A stretch of DNA of 64,000 bases from Selaginella moellendorffii. Taxonomy: Eukaryota > Plantae > Lycopodiophyta. Location: the NCBI RefSeq assembly GCF_000143415.4, contig NW_003314381.1, positions 226,699-290,698 of the forward strand, read 5' to 3'. Positions 1-12,943 of this stretch are shown here, in pieces (position 1 is the stretch's first letter; each line of letters opens with the position of its first letter). The translations under genes were made by a program, and so were the position numbers. The notes under the pieces were generated by a model. It ran no database searches. It saw only the letters and a program-made list of their open reading frames with translations, and had not been told where the DNA came from.

Positions 1-1156
1 CTCGATCACGCAGCAGCGAGCCCAGAATGGTGATGAAACTGATCTTGTCAGGCCGAATTCCTTCCAGCAGCATCTTCTGGAACAGCCGAAAGGCCGCATC
101 GGAGAATGCACACTGGCCATAAGCAGCAACCATCGACGTCCACATGATCACGTCCCGAGTCCCACTTCGCACGCCTGCAAAAACCTTTGCAGCTTCTTCG
201 ACACCTCCACACCTGCTGTACATGCTCACGAGAGCATTTGCCACCACCGGATTGGATTCCATGTCTCCCTCACTGATCCAACCATGAAGAGTTCTTCCTC
301 GAGCTAGATCGTCACCGCAGCCGCAAGACCCGAGAGCGTTCACGAACGTAAACTCGTTCGGCGAAATGCCTTCCAGCTGCATTCTCCGAAGGCAACAAAA
401 CGCTTCCTTGTGATGCCCCGCTTGGACATAAGCCGCCACCATGACTGTCCAAGTCACCACGTTTCTCGCCTCCTCGATCTCGTCGAAAACCGCGATGGCG
501 TTGTCAAGCTCCCGGCATTTCCCATAGAAGTTGACGATGGCGGTTGCCACGGCGGTGGCAGCTGAAAGGCCACACTCGTCACTGTAACCACGAACTCGTC
601 TACCTTCTTCCAAAGCCACGGCCTTGGTGCAAGCGTTGAAGACCGTGAGAAGAGTGATCTTGTCGATCGAAACCCCCGACTGGAGCATGGATTGGAAAGT
701 CCGGAAGGATTCGTCAAACTGGCCGTGATGAGAGAATGCCGCCACCATCGCCGTCCATAGAGCAACGTCGTCGCTGGAAGAACAAAGCTCTTGGAAAGCC
801 GACCGTGCTTCGATCAAGCTCCCACACTTGATATACATCTCGACGATGTCACGCCCGAGCCGTCGAGAATCCACACTGCTGTGCGCTGCCGCTATAAGAG
901 CATGGATTTTCCTGCCTTCCACCAGAGCCCTGTCGTTGCCGCATCGCCGGAGCAGGCGAGAGTAGTCGAAAGAGACCGCCTCTAGAGATTTCCCTCCATC
1001 CGGCCAAGGATTGATGTTCTTGGCATCCGATACCGCCAGCATGTCTCATCGGCGCCTCGATTCCAGCCAGAACGGCACCGGTTTCTAGAAAATCTCTGAT
1101 TCCATACCTTGCCGGCAGGGAATCCTTGCGAAATATCGTAGCGCCAAGGCCGCCAT
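1..1156 (-). CDS. PLS-class pentatricopeptide repeat protein, 5' part (continues past left edge)
   Basis: Minus frame from ATG 1042 reads ...YSRLLRRCGNDRALVEGRKIH...VTWTVMVAAYVQAGHHKEAFCCLRRMQLEGISPNEFTFVNALGSC...VVANALVSMYSRCG, typical P-L-S motifs. The start may instead be ATG 1156 (MAALALRYFARIPCRQ) via a ~60-nt intron. Confidence 0.88.
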
Positions 1157-1307
1157 GCGCCGCGGAGGCAAGGCGCCAAATCCCTAAAACCCTAAACACA
1201 CTGTTCTTGTTCTAGTTCTTTTCACGGCTCTGCGCAAGATAGATCAAACAAAAACTGGCATTGATCTATCATCTATCTACACAGCTCCACTCCACGATCT
1301 CGCGCTC

Positions 1308-2369
1308 TCACTGCTCGTGGCTATTGATCTCCTCCATCTGGACGGCGGGAGCGCCGGATTTCTGCGATCCAGTGAGCCGCGCGAGCGCCACAAACGTGTA
1401 TCCTCCGAGGAGATTATTCACCGTCCTGGTCGCGAGCACAGATGCCTTGAACAGCGCCGGGGGTAGCATCCCCGCGAGGCCGAATTCCAATCCATTCACG
1501 GCCTGGTACCTGAGATTGCTGCTCAATCCCATGTGTGCCGCCCACGTCGCGGCGTTGAGCACCGTCGGCGGCGCCTTGTTCTGGGGCTGGAAGCTCGGAT
1601 CCATCCTCTTCCTCGCGGCGAGCAGCAGCGACGACAGCGCGGTTCCAACCAGCCCCGCCGCGAATCCCACCGCGGCAAACACCGCGCCTTTGTAGAGGAA
1701 CGTCCCAGCCCTGGCGGCGAGCGAGAAATTACCCGACTCGAACATATGCCCGGGAGGGCACGAGGAGAAGATCCCAGGCAGAGCGCCGCCGCCGCTGCTC
1801 GATCCAGTCGGCGCGAGGAGATACATGAGCGTGAAATTCAGCAGCGATCCCACCACCATGGTCGAGAACACGAAATCCAGCTCGTTGAGCCCGAAATTCG
1901 GCCTGGAAGCCATGTCCCCGAGCACATTCGCGCCCACGCCGACGATCTCCTCCATCGCCACCTTGAACGGGAACTGAGGATCGGCCCTCACGCGATCCTC
2001 CCACCCCTGCAAGAACGCGCCGAATATTCCACCGCGACGGCGCCCCGGCGGCGATGGTCCGCCACCGCCGCCGCCTCCGCCGCCACCTCGCCGCCCATTC
2101 TGGCCGGCGCCGCCGCCTCCTCCGCTCTCCACGTAGGGCTCCTCCCGGAACGTGAAGAGCGACACGGGGCCCCGGAATCGCGAGCCTGATCGCGCGCCAT
2201 CGCTGGAGGAGGAGTTGGATCCCGCGTCGCTCGTCGATCGGCAGTGGATGTGCTGGCGCTGGATCAAAGCGGGGAATCTTGGGCCGCATCCGAAATGCGG
2301 GTGGCGATCGCGGCGATTCTCGCGGCCAGTGGCAGCGGCGGCGACGGCGGCAGTGGCAGCAGCCGCCAT
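1308..2369 (-). CDS. RER3: RETICULATA-RELATED (DUF3411) plastid envelope protein, RER2/RER3 clade
   Basis: Single-exon 353-aa ORF: transit-peptide-like N-terminus, poly-Gly tract, then ADPQFPFKV.MEEIVG...GDMASRPNFGLNELDFVFST and HMGLSSNLRYQ. Confidence 0.9.
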   Translation of the reverse strand: MAAAATAAVAAAATGRENRRDRHPHFGCGPRFPALIQRQHIHCRSTSDAGSNSSSSDGARSGSRFRGPVSLFTFREEPYVESGGGGGAGQNGRRGGGGGGGGGGPSPPGRRRGGIFGAFLQGWEDRVRADPQFPFKVAMEEIVGVGANVLGDMASRPNFGLNELDFVFSTMVVGSLLNFTLMYLLAPTGSSSGGGALPGIFSSCPPGHMFESGNFSLAARAGTFLYKGAVFAAVGFAAGLVGTALSSLLLAARKRMDPSFQPQNKAPPTVLNAATWAAHMGLSSNLRYQAVNGLEFGLAGMLPPALFKASVLATRTVNNLLGGYTFVALARLTGSQKSGAPAVQMEEINSHEQ

Positions 2370-2694
2370 TTGGATTGGATCTTCGCTAAGAAATGTGAGA
2401 CAAAGAAGAGAGAAATCCCTGCGATGATCTAATCGCGCTACCTCCTATAGAGACCCTTCTCTCCCTTTTAGGGTTTTAAGAGTATAGCATTTTGGTAGTG
2501 GGGCATCCATTTGCTCCTTGTCGCTATCTCTTCAACACTACTATTCCACACGCAAAGCTTTATAGAAGAAGGAAGACGAAGAGGATTTGGAGTTCTCGGC
2601 CAAGGTTTGTTCTAGCACGATTTTTTAGTTCTGGTCAAGCTTGTGTTCTTTGATCGTAGATTCGTGAGATTTTTTATTCCAAGATCCACACACA

Positions 2695-3711
2695 ATGCAG
2701 TCGCTCCAAGACCGAGCGTCGGAGTTGAGTGGAGTGAGTCAGGACGATGCATTCGAGATTGATGAGATCAACCTCTACAAGAAGCTGGGACACGAGACCT
2801 TCGTCAAGCTCTCCACGAATTTTTACAACAGGTGAGTGTCCTAAAATCTTCCTAGAGGTTAAGTTCTTTCAAGACGAGAGATAGAGTGATAGTGTGCGAT
2901 GAGCTCACGACTAGTTTTCTTCTCGTGAGATCAATTGCTTTTAGGATGGAAAGTTCCTGCTAGTGGATTAAAGAGTTTTACTTTGGACACACAATGTTCT
3001 TGGGGAGTCCTAGCGAAAAGTCATAGTTATAGAGCTTTTAGAGCACACCAAGTTCTTAGCTAAGAGCTCTTAGATGATTGATGACAAGAGAAAGTTCCTC
3101 TTTGACAATTTTGGTGGTGGATCCACAGGGTCTACGCCGATGACGAAGAGTGGTTCCGCTCGATCTTTGCGAATTCCTCCAAGGACGCCGCCATCCAGAA
3201 CCAGTACGAGTTTTTCATCCAGAGAATGGGAGGCCCTCCATTATATTCTCGTCGCAAAGGTATGCAATGCGTTCTTTTTCCTCCTTTTTTCTCGTTTATT
3301 TCTTCTTCTCTTGAGTCGTTCTCTTGTTCTTTCCTTCTCCGCTTCCTCTCTTTCTTTCGTCTTCCTTGACTTTTCCATCGTTCTCATTTTGTTTTAGCAT
3401 TTCTCATTTGAGTTTTTAAAATTTTCTCACGACCAAACTTACAGGACATCCTGCTTTGATCGGCCGCCATGGACCGTATCCAGTGACCGAGCGAGCAGCG
3501 GAAAGATGGATCGAGCATATGACCGCAGCTCTCGACAGCGTGGAAGAAATCGATGCGGATTCAAAGAAACGAATGCTCAAGTTTTTCCGGTAAAACAATC
3601 TTCGTAGGTAGACCAAAGTATGTGATCCGTATGTGTTTTTTTTTTAATTCCAGGCACACCGCATTTTTTCTCGTGGCTGGCAAAGAGATGATGGCTAATC
3701 GCCGAGGATAA
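2695..3711 (+). CDS. GLB3: Truncated (2-on-2) haemoglobin GLB3; exons 2695-2831, 3129-3259, 3445-3589, 3654-3711
   Basis: Spliced product [14 protein letters not shown]...[21 protein letters not shown]...[32 protein letters not shown]...AAERWIEHM...[13 protein letters not shown] matches plant GLB3. All introns are GT-AG and in phase. Not in the ORF track. Confidence 0.96.
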
Positions 3712-3927
3712 AGAACAGGTTTTCTTTATAAACTCTGGACTAACGAGCTATTGTTTTACACCTGATCTTCTCTACAGTAGAACACCGGGAATCAATGAAG
3801 TAGTTATTTACTCGACAAACGACAGGGAAGGTCGTGCCACCCGCGGATTCAACTTCAGAGGAACTTGCGTTGAGGACAGAGAAAGAGGGGCTCGCAGCAA
3901 CAGTGTTTTCGCGATCGTTCAACCAGC

Positions 3928-5547
3928 ATGGCGATCGACGAGCTCAAAGTTTCTTGCAGGAGGCCTCATATTGTAGCGGTGGCTTACCTCACGCAGGGTC
4001 ACATTAATCCTCTCATTCACTTCTGCCTCAAGCTCGCTCACCACGGGATCCTGGTAACGTTCGTGACGATCCACGTGGACGGGCTTCTGGGAGTGGGGCA
4101 AAGGAAAGATCCAGAGGTCCCAGAGCACTGGAAGAACAACTTTAACTTCGAGCGCCTCGAGCTGGAGCTCCCGAAAGAGGGTGTGATGTCCCCGGGTGGA
4201 TTTGCTAAGATCTTCGCGATGATCGAAGAGCTCGGAGGCCCTTTCGAGGAGCTGCTGTCAAAGCTCCACTCTCGAGAAGAGATACCAAAGGTAAGTTGTA
4301 TCGTCTCCGACTGTATGCTCGTGTTCACTCAGGTAGTCGCCAAAAAACTCGGCATTCCGAGAGCTGGATTTTGGACGACTTCGCTGGCTTCTCTCACGGT
4401 CGATTATCATGTTCCACTTCTCCTGGAGAATGGTGATATTCCAGTCACTGGTAAGAACATCAGTGGACTTGCTCAACACTCTCCTAACTTCGTCTTCTTC
4501 CAGGAGAGAACTGGGAGAAGATCATAACTTATGTCCCGGGACTGGCTCCTCTTCCGGCTTGGTCACTTCCGATCATGTACCACGAAGGGAATATCATGAC
4601 CACCACGGATCCTGGATACAAGCGGAAGATCGCAAGGTGCGTGATCTTGCGAGACGATGCTTGGATCATAGCAAATTCTTTCGAGAAACTCGAGCCGGCA
4701 GGATTCCAGGCACTCCGGAAGGCCATGAACCAGCGGTGCGTCGGCGTGGGGCCATTGCTCCCCGACGAGTTCTTCGGCGAAAGAGGAGATTATGACGAGC
4801 ATCGCAAGGTGGTGGCTCCAGGTGTCGCAAGTTTCTGGAAACAAGACACCACTTGCCTTGAGTGGCTCGCTGGGAAAGCTCCAAACTCGGTACTGTACAT
4901 CTCGTTTGGAAGTGTCATCAAGCTCACACTTCCAGAGTTTGAGGAACTCTCGAGAGGCCTGGAATCGTCCAAGCAGGTACTCCTGTCACATCTCCATGTT
5001 GTCCAGAAAAAACGCAATTTTGCATCGATTTTGTGCAGGCTTTTCTATGGGCTTTTCGTCCAGGATGTGTGGAAGGACTCGAGATCGAGGACTTGGAATC
5101 GTTCAAGGAGAGAACGAGCTCGACTGGACTGGTCATAAGCTGGGCTCCTCAAGTGGAAGTTTTGTCGCACGAATCCACGGGTGGATTCTTGACGCACTGT
5201 GGATNNNNNNNNNNNNNNNNNNNNNNNNNNNNNNNNNNNNNNNNNNNNNNNNNNNNNNNNNNNNNNNNNNNNNNNNNNNNNNNNNNNNNNNNNNNNNNNN
5301 NNNNATAAACTGCGAGCTCTTCGTGGGGATGGGAATCGGGTTGAGGCTAGTGGAAGCAAACCAGAGTGGCTTCTATCAGGCTTGTCCAACGAGCGACGTG
5401 ATTGCTTCCAAGGTCTCGAGAGTTCTTGGTGATGAAGGACTGAGGAAAAGAGCAGGGGAGCTTCGAGATTCTGCCAGGAGAGCCGTGAAAGACCAAAGTG
5501 GTTCTACTAGCTTCGTGAGATATTTGTACGGAGAGTCTCTTTCGTAA
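3928..5547 (+). CDS. Family-1 UDP-glycosyltransferase; exons 3928-4450, 4504-4976, 5039-5547 (gap inside last exon)
   Basis: [16 protein letters not shown] (catalytic His), [14 protein letters not shown] and PSPG box [21 protein letters not shown], which is interrupted by an N-run. Confidence 0.92.
5205..5304. other. Assembly gap (100 N)
   Basis: N-run inside the UGT PSPG box. Confidence 0.99.
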
Positions 5548-7622
5548 TGTCTTTCTACACCGACATTATTCTTCCAATAACTAAGTTAATAAAACTTGGA
5601 TTATATTTATTTAGCATTTGGCATATTGTTCCAAGATGACAATTGTCCCCAAGACAACATCTGTTGTATTCACATGCTTCTTTGGCTCTAAGAAATAGTC
5701 TATATTATAAAAATTAATATATCTAATTAGCTTTTATTAAAAATCTAGAATAATATCTTTTATGGTTGAATTAGGATTTAGAAACAATAGTAGTCAAATA
5801 GCCTATTGGAAATGGTTGCTAAACAGAAAATTTTAATATACATTACTAAGTGATTTAAATATATATAAAAAAGTTTTTAACCTTCTTCAATTGTTTTTTT
5901 CCAAAAGCTTTTGCACTTTTTAAATTTTTTATAACTTTGAATCTAATTTTCTAGTTATGAGAGTATATTTTCTTAGTCTAAATTCTTATTATGTAAAAAA
6001 GTTAACATTAAAACTAAAATATGAAGTGTAATACATAACAACTTCTAGGGGAAATATTACATGTTTAGTATTTAGTATTATTAACACTATATTGTGGAGA
6101 AGTAAAATTATTATTATATGTGTTATATGAATATGTATTCAATTATTTAAACTTTCTCATAGCATATTTAGTGCAGTTTGAGATAAAAATTAAATATTAT
6201 ATATATTTAATAAATTTAATAAAACTTTAATAAAAAATAGTTTTCACCCTTTACCCTATGATGTCTTACCATAACCATAGAATGCAACCTTAACCCTTTG
6301 ATATGTGGGTTAAAAGTAATGGAGTGGATTAATTTTAAAGCCTTAAACCACTTAATAAAGTTAAATTTCTAAGTATAAAACTAAAAAGTGAAGGAATTAG
6401 AGCATGGAAAAACTTTTAAATATACAAGTCTAGAGCGAAAGAGTGGGAGCACAAAGTAACATTAAAATAGTCATAGAATATTCAACATTCTAATGTTACA
6501 AAATAAAGCCAAATGGAGTTTAGTGTTATTTCAACGTACTAATGGTCTAATGTGATGATATAAGTACTCCATTAGCTAATATGGTATAACGCTAAATTGC
6601 AAAACTAGATGCAAGAATAACACTATCGTATTCAAAACAATCTTGACATTCCGTAAATATAGTTCATTCACAAATCTAAAACTATTAGGAAAGGATTTGC
6701 AAATCTAAATTTGCAAGATCAAAACTATATAACCACAAGTGCAACTCCACTCTATAGATCTACAAATCTTAAAACAAAGAAGAAATTATATCACTAGGGT
6801 TTACAATTATAAAGTTTGAAACCTTTCACCTTAATTTAAAAGGGTTTAAATGTACAAGTTAAACCTAAGAGTAGATTATCTAATCTGGGATCATATCCAA
6901 AGATGACCTAAAGTGAACCATTACACAAATTTATTTATATTCATTTTCAAATTTATTTCTACTATTGTAGTCATGGCAGAATAGAAGCTAACAATAGTGT
7001 CCTTAGTGTATGGAGCTAATGTAGCTCAACTTTAAATATCTTTATATATTATATTTAGCTCAACTTAGTATTCACTAACTTTCCATTGTGCCATTGTGAC
7101 AATGGCATGCTTCCTGTGGTGGAGGGTAATTGAATTGTGGAGATGATGTGTACATGAGACTAGTTAAGCTATAAGAAATGAAAAATGCAAGATGACTAAT
7201 AAATATATTTGCACATGCAATCCTCACCAATGAAAAAATGACCTCTTCCCTTATCAACTACATCATGCTTATGGAGCTGGTCATACATGCAATTGGGGAA
7301 ATAATCATTAAATATCTTAAATGTTGTATCATCTAAATTGCATTATTATTATCTAAAATTGATTGAACTCCTCCACAAAAAATGTCTTCCTCAAAACATG
7401 GTCATCCATCCTAATACTATTTAAATTTAAGAACACCTAGCTTTTATTATCTCAAAACATTTAATTGATTGGAAAGAAGGTGCATTATATCTTTGAAAAC
7501 TATTACCAAGCTATTCTTTTTTGGTATTTATAATAATATTATAAAATAAAACTATCTTTATGTATTGTATTTGCATATGCTATATATAAAGAACATCATT
7601 TTGCATAGTAGCCACATTTACT

Positions 7623-8550
7623 GTACATTTAGTTTATCGGCAAGTAAAAATCCAAAGAATGGACATGTATAAAATCATAGCTACCCCATTTTCTTATATG
7701 GCATATTATAGAATGATTTTTTATATTGTATTAATCTTTTTTATTAGAAAGCTTCTATCAGTAAGAGTTCAAAGGAGTAATTTTAAAACTTTCCCTTTGC
7801 ATTATAGACATACTATTTTACAAGCACTACTCATAGCAGTTCATGATCTTGATATAATGAATCCTTGTGCTAAATTGTATGCTAAAAAGTCACTTGAATA
7901 TACATATAATTGAATTCAAGTTTTAATAACTTTTTTTATTAAAGTCCCCACCTTATTATGATGATCTTTGCCTTGTTTTCCTGAGCATGCAGTTTATTAT
8001 TATAGTGGGACAGTAAAACAAATTCTTGAAAATTTATTATTACAGTATGTTAGTAATGATCTTGAGATAATAAATTATGTTGTCAATGAATATATTACAC
8101 AAACTATTAGTTTAGTCTTTAAAAATAGTAATGATGAGAAAATTTACTCTTTTATTATTAATATTCTATATCATACTAAAAGAATTAATAAAAAACTCTC
8201 TGATGATATGGACTGTATATGGAGACATTCATGTATTAGAAGTATTCATGATTCTTCATACGTCTCTAAGATACAAAGTGGAGAGTTTTTAAAATCAAGT
8301 AATCATCAATTCATATTATTACTGCACTTGAATTGTAACCTTGTGCTTTACAAAGGTAATATTATATTTTGGAAAATAATTATAGAAGGTATTGGTTGTT
8401 ATTTAAGAATTCAAACTGATGGCAATGTTGTGTGGAAAGATAAATTTAAAGAAATGGCTTTATGTGTCGAAAATACTGGCCATATTGTTGTATATGACAC
8501 TATTAAAGAAATTTGTATTTTTCTGAACCTAAGAATCTAGCTTAATTATT
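7623..8550 (+). pseudogene. Disrupted copy of the AT-rich unknown-domain/bulb-lectin gene
   Basis: Collinear with 17510-18478, but has a premature TGA at 7911-7913, a frameshift near 7945, and an internal deletion right after QTDGNVV. Confidence 0.85.
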
Positions 8551-8709
8551 ATTTGGTTAATATCTGTTTATTCAGTTATATAAATAAATATTTATTACTA
8601 ATTAAAATATTTTCCTAAGTCATAAATTTCTTTCTGTGCTTGGGTTTTGAGGTTAAGCTTCATTACTAACTACAGTTTTGCCTTTTTGCCTTCTAGTTTG
8701 ATATAAAAC

Positions 8710-8832
8710 TCTACAATATATTTATTATGAGATCATCAAATTTGGCACCGGCAATCTCTACCATGATCGTTTTATGTTTGAGTATGAATGTAGGCATAAC
8801 CTTTATGCCAAGGTCTTTGGCAAGTAGCTAGA
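8710..8832 (-). pseudogene. Thioredoxin f last-exon fragment
   Basis: Reads LAKDLGIKVMPTFILKHKTIMVEIAGAKFDDLIINIL; homologous to 18660-18790. Confidence 0.7.
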
Positions 8833-9514
8833 TAAAGAAAGAAAAAGGCAATTGGGAAAAGCAAGCACAATAGTGCTCACTTAAAATTGGACATTATTTG
8901 ACTGAAGCTGCCAATCTTACTGTTACATTGAGGTACTAGCTCTATAATAAGAGTGCTAAATAAAGCTAGTGATCACATGCTTATGTTAATATCTATAAAA
9001 TCTTAAGATTAGTGTTTGAACTATTGGGCATTTCTTGGTAGTGTTCAAGTTTAAATTCATGAATTCACTTGCATGGATTTCAATACCTAAATCAAGAGCC
9101 CTAACCTTCACTCCACACCATCTGCATACCCTTAAGAGATTAAAAGGGATCCCAATTGAGAATTGAGGATTAAGGCCCTATTTAGTGGGAGTGGAATTAA
9201 GGCCAATTTGATTTTTGCCCATGCATGCATGACACACAAATTTCCCTCTTCTCTCACAATAGCCAATGGACATACAAGTTGTAAGACAAAACCTTATAAG
9301 TAAAGAAATAACTTTTTTGACTACTACCCCTCCATTTGACAGCTACCAAAAAAGATTGGCACTCCTATTATTATAGATTGTTGTTAATAACAAAATTAAG
9401 TCTTGCAAAATTCATCTATCGAGTCATTCCTTTTAATTGTTTACAATAGAAAGAAAAGCCAAAAGCCCCAACCCTTCTAAATTAGAAAAAGATCATAAAT
9501 TATATCCCAAAGAT

Positions 9515-10249
9515 TGGTTCCTCTTCCAGCTTAGTCACTTCTTGTACCATAAAGGGATGACCACTATGGATCCTGGATATAAGTGGAACATTGCAAGGTG
9601 CATGATCTTGCAAGATGATACTTAGATCATAGCAAATTCTTTTGAGGAACTTGAGCTGGTATAATTCCAAGCACTCTAGAAGGCCATGAACCAGCAATGC
9701 ATCAATATGGGGCCATTGCTCCCCAACAAGTTCTTCAGCCAAAGAGGAGAGTGTGATGAGTATTGCAAGGTGGTGGCTCCAGGTGTTGCAAGTTTTTGGA
9801 AACAAGACACCACTTGTCTTAAGTGGCTTGTTGGGAAACCTCCAAACTCAATACTGTAGATCTTGTTTGGAAGTGTCATCAAGTACAAGCTTTTCTAAAG
9901 GCTCTTCATCCAGGATGTGGATGGAATTAGGTCTTGGAGGGGATTTGTGGGGCATTTCAATGCTATGATGGCCAAGACAAGCCAAGAAAAACATAAAATG
10001 CAAGCTTTTGGTGGCAGATGGGAATTGGGTTGAGGCTAGCAGAAGCAAACTAGAGTGGCTTCTACCAAGCTTATCCAGCAAGTGATGAGTGCTTCCAAGG
10101 TCTTGAGAGTTCATGGTGATGAAGAAATGAGGAAAAGAGTAGGGGAGCTTTGAGATTATGCCAAGAGAATCGTGAAAGACCAAAGTGGTTCTTCTGCAAC
10201 ACATGTAGAAGGCTTTGTGAGATACTTGTATGGAGAGTCTCTTTTGTAG
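9515..10249 (+). pseudogene. Decayed 3' copy of the UDP-glycosyltransferase
   Basis: Near-collinear with ~4545-5547 (e.g. ggtggctccaggtgt..aagtt..tggaaacaagacaccacttg) with multiple stops and deletions. The downstream flank 10525-10860 also matches 5820-6165. Confidence 0.88.
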
Positions 10250-12361
10250 TGTCTTTCTACAGTGCAGCATCTAAGCAAATAAAAACTCAGGTTATACATT
10301 TAGTTTGAAAAATGCAGTTTATAATCAGAAAATAATAGATGCTCAAAAAGTTCCCATATAATTCTAAGATGGCACAGACCTACTTCAACACATGGTTTAT
10401 TGTAAAACATGTTCCCATAACAATTACAAAAGCTTATTAAAAATTACAGAATTGAAAACATTTTTGGTTGAATTTCCATAGAATGGATATAAAGACATAG
10501 TAGTTATACAATTTATTAAAATTTCTTGTTAAACAGAAAATTTTAGTGTACATCATTCAGTGATTTCAACCTATTTTAATTGTATTTTTTAAAAAGACTT
10601 TGAAATTTTATATTTTTATAAATTTTGAAACTAATAGATAGATGAATAGTTATTTATAAGAATATATATTTTATCAGTTTAAATATTTATTGTGTGAGAA
10701 GGTTAACATCAAAGCCAAAACATGAGATGCAGTTTTTAATGATTCCAAAAGAAATATTACATTTTTAGCATTGGGATTGTTAACATTGCATTGTGGAAAA
10801 GTAGAATTATTGTTTAATGGTTATGTGAATATGTGTTTAATTCTTCCACTTCTTCATAGCATAATTATTAGGGTTTGAAAACTTCTAAGATAGCTTTATA
10901 TATATAAAATAAATACTATATATAGTTACTAAATTCAATTAACAAAAAATATTTTTTGATAGATATAGGAAAGAAAATTTTAATCTATATTAAATAAAAA
11001 AAATTGCTATGCATTGCATGTAGCAATGCTTGGTTTGCTTAATAGTAATTTTATTATTACTTATTAATCCAAAAGATCAAATAAAGTTTATAATTATAAG
11101 CATGTTTGTAATTTATAAACACAAGATTAATCTAAATGAATAACAACTGTTAGATGGTAGAATATCCTAGAATATTCAAGCATATTCTAGGTATATCCAC
11201 TACCATCTCAGTCCCCTTACAGGTTTGCTTAAGCAAACCAATAATAATTGTAGTTATAATTTCTCTTTATAAGAATTCTCAAAAAATTCTGAATAGAAAG
11301 TTTTACAAATAAATTTTTTTTTGAATATGTTTTTCAGGATAATTACCTTAAATTTAAGTTCATATAACTAACTTGTATTCTACTAAAGCTTATATTATAT
11401 GAAAGTGGTAAGATTTTATATCGTATCAAGCACTGTGGAGCAGAATTACTAATTTACAGGGCTAGATAAACAAACTCCAATTGTTTCAGTGAATTAGCAA
11501 TGAGAAAGATGCACTCTTAGAGAGCAAGTAAGAGCCATAACTTTAGTCCTCTTGTTGCAAAGTTCTAATGGCTATGTAGGGACATTCTCAAGGTTTGGTT
11601 TCATGTACTGCCAATCAAGTTGCCAGTTGTTCCTCCAAATTCTTCCAGGTAACATTTTCTCACATCTAGGACTCATTGTTTGATTCTTATGTCTAGGCTT
11701 AGGATATAAATTATTTTTGCTGAAACAGAAAATGAATTTACTTTAAATGTGATTTGTCAACAGCCACATAGGATAATTGCTCAAGCTCCACACCAGCATT
11801 TGCATCTCTCGAGATTCACATTGCTTTTGCTAGCATTACATCTTTCTTGTGGTTTCTCAACTGTAGTAATTATTAATTGTTTTATGCACTTCTTTTTTCT
11901 TTTTCCTTAACTCTCTAAAGTGAGCTTGCCTGGTTACACCAACATTCGTAATATACTATGGATTACTTTGGAGAGCACTTTTTGTGGCTTCTCTCTCACC
12001 ACCATCACTATATATATATATATATATATGTATAATTCAATATGGTAACTATGCTAATATTATTTTTATTAAAATTTTCTAAACCCATAATTAATATACA
12101 TTTTTATTAAAGTAGTTTTCAATTTATTTTTCAAATAATTAATATCAATAAACAGTAATAATTTTAATTTAAAAATTTTAGGCCTAATTTAGTTATATAA
12201 ACCTAAATTTATAATTAACAACAGAACTGAAGCTATCTTATAATGACGGTTTTAAAAAAAACTGAAACCAGATTTAAACCAGTTTAATAACTTAGAAGAT
12301 AATCTTACCAACACTCTTCAAGAAGTTTGGATTATTTTAATTATTATATAGAATAGTTTTT

Positions 12362-12364
<3 letters not shown>

Positions 12365-12415
<51 letters not shown>

Positions 12416-12495
12416 TATATATATACATATATATATATTTATTTATATGTATGTATATATATATACATACATACATATATATACATACACACATG
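12365..12495. repeat. (TA)n/(CA)n/(TACA)n compound microsatellite
   Basis: Directly visible. Confidence 0.95.
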
Positions 12496-12843
12496 TGTAA
12501 GTGTGCGGTTACGATGCTGTATACTAATATTAGCATAGTGGGATTTTGGTAGCCATTGGATTGGTTTCCATCCGAACCACTCGCTTCTGTATATAGGTTG
12601 GGTTTTTGGGTTAATTGTCTCTCTCTCTTCAGGTTCTTATGATAATTTATAATTCCTCAACAGAAATTTCAGATGTTCTATCAAACTTTTAAATTAAAAT
12701 GGTGTAAAGTCAATATATATTGGTTGACCACCTCCATCATCACTATGTTTCTCTCTCACCCCCTAGACACTGATAGAGACATCAATAAATAAGCCCTCAC
12801 ATCTGTCTATCTATATTTATATATATATATATATATACACACA

Positions 12844-12943
12844 NNNNNNNNNNNNNNNNNNNNNNNNNNNNNNNNNNNNNNNNNNNNNNNNNNNNNNNNN
12901 NNNNNNNNNNNNNNNNNNNNNNNNNNNNNNNNNNNNNNNNNNN
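12844..12943. other. Assembly gap (100 N)
   Basis: N-run preceded by a (TA)n(CA)n tract. Confidence 0.99.

Noticed and set aside
1261-2432. Overlapping alternative-frame and antisense ORFs over RER; similar ones over the PPR (26668-27968) and ADHs
   Set aside because: Shadow ORFs of GC-rich coding sequence.
12318-12536. YIYI-rich ORFs (also 12797-12994)
   Set aside because: Translations of (TA)n microsatellites.
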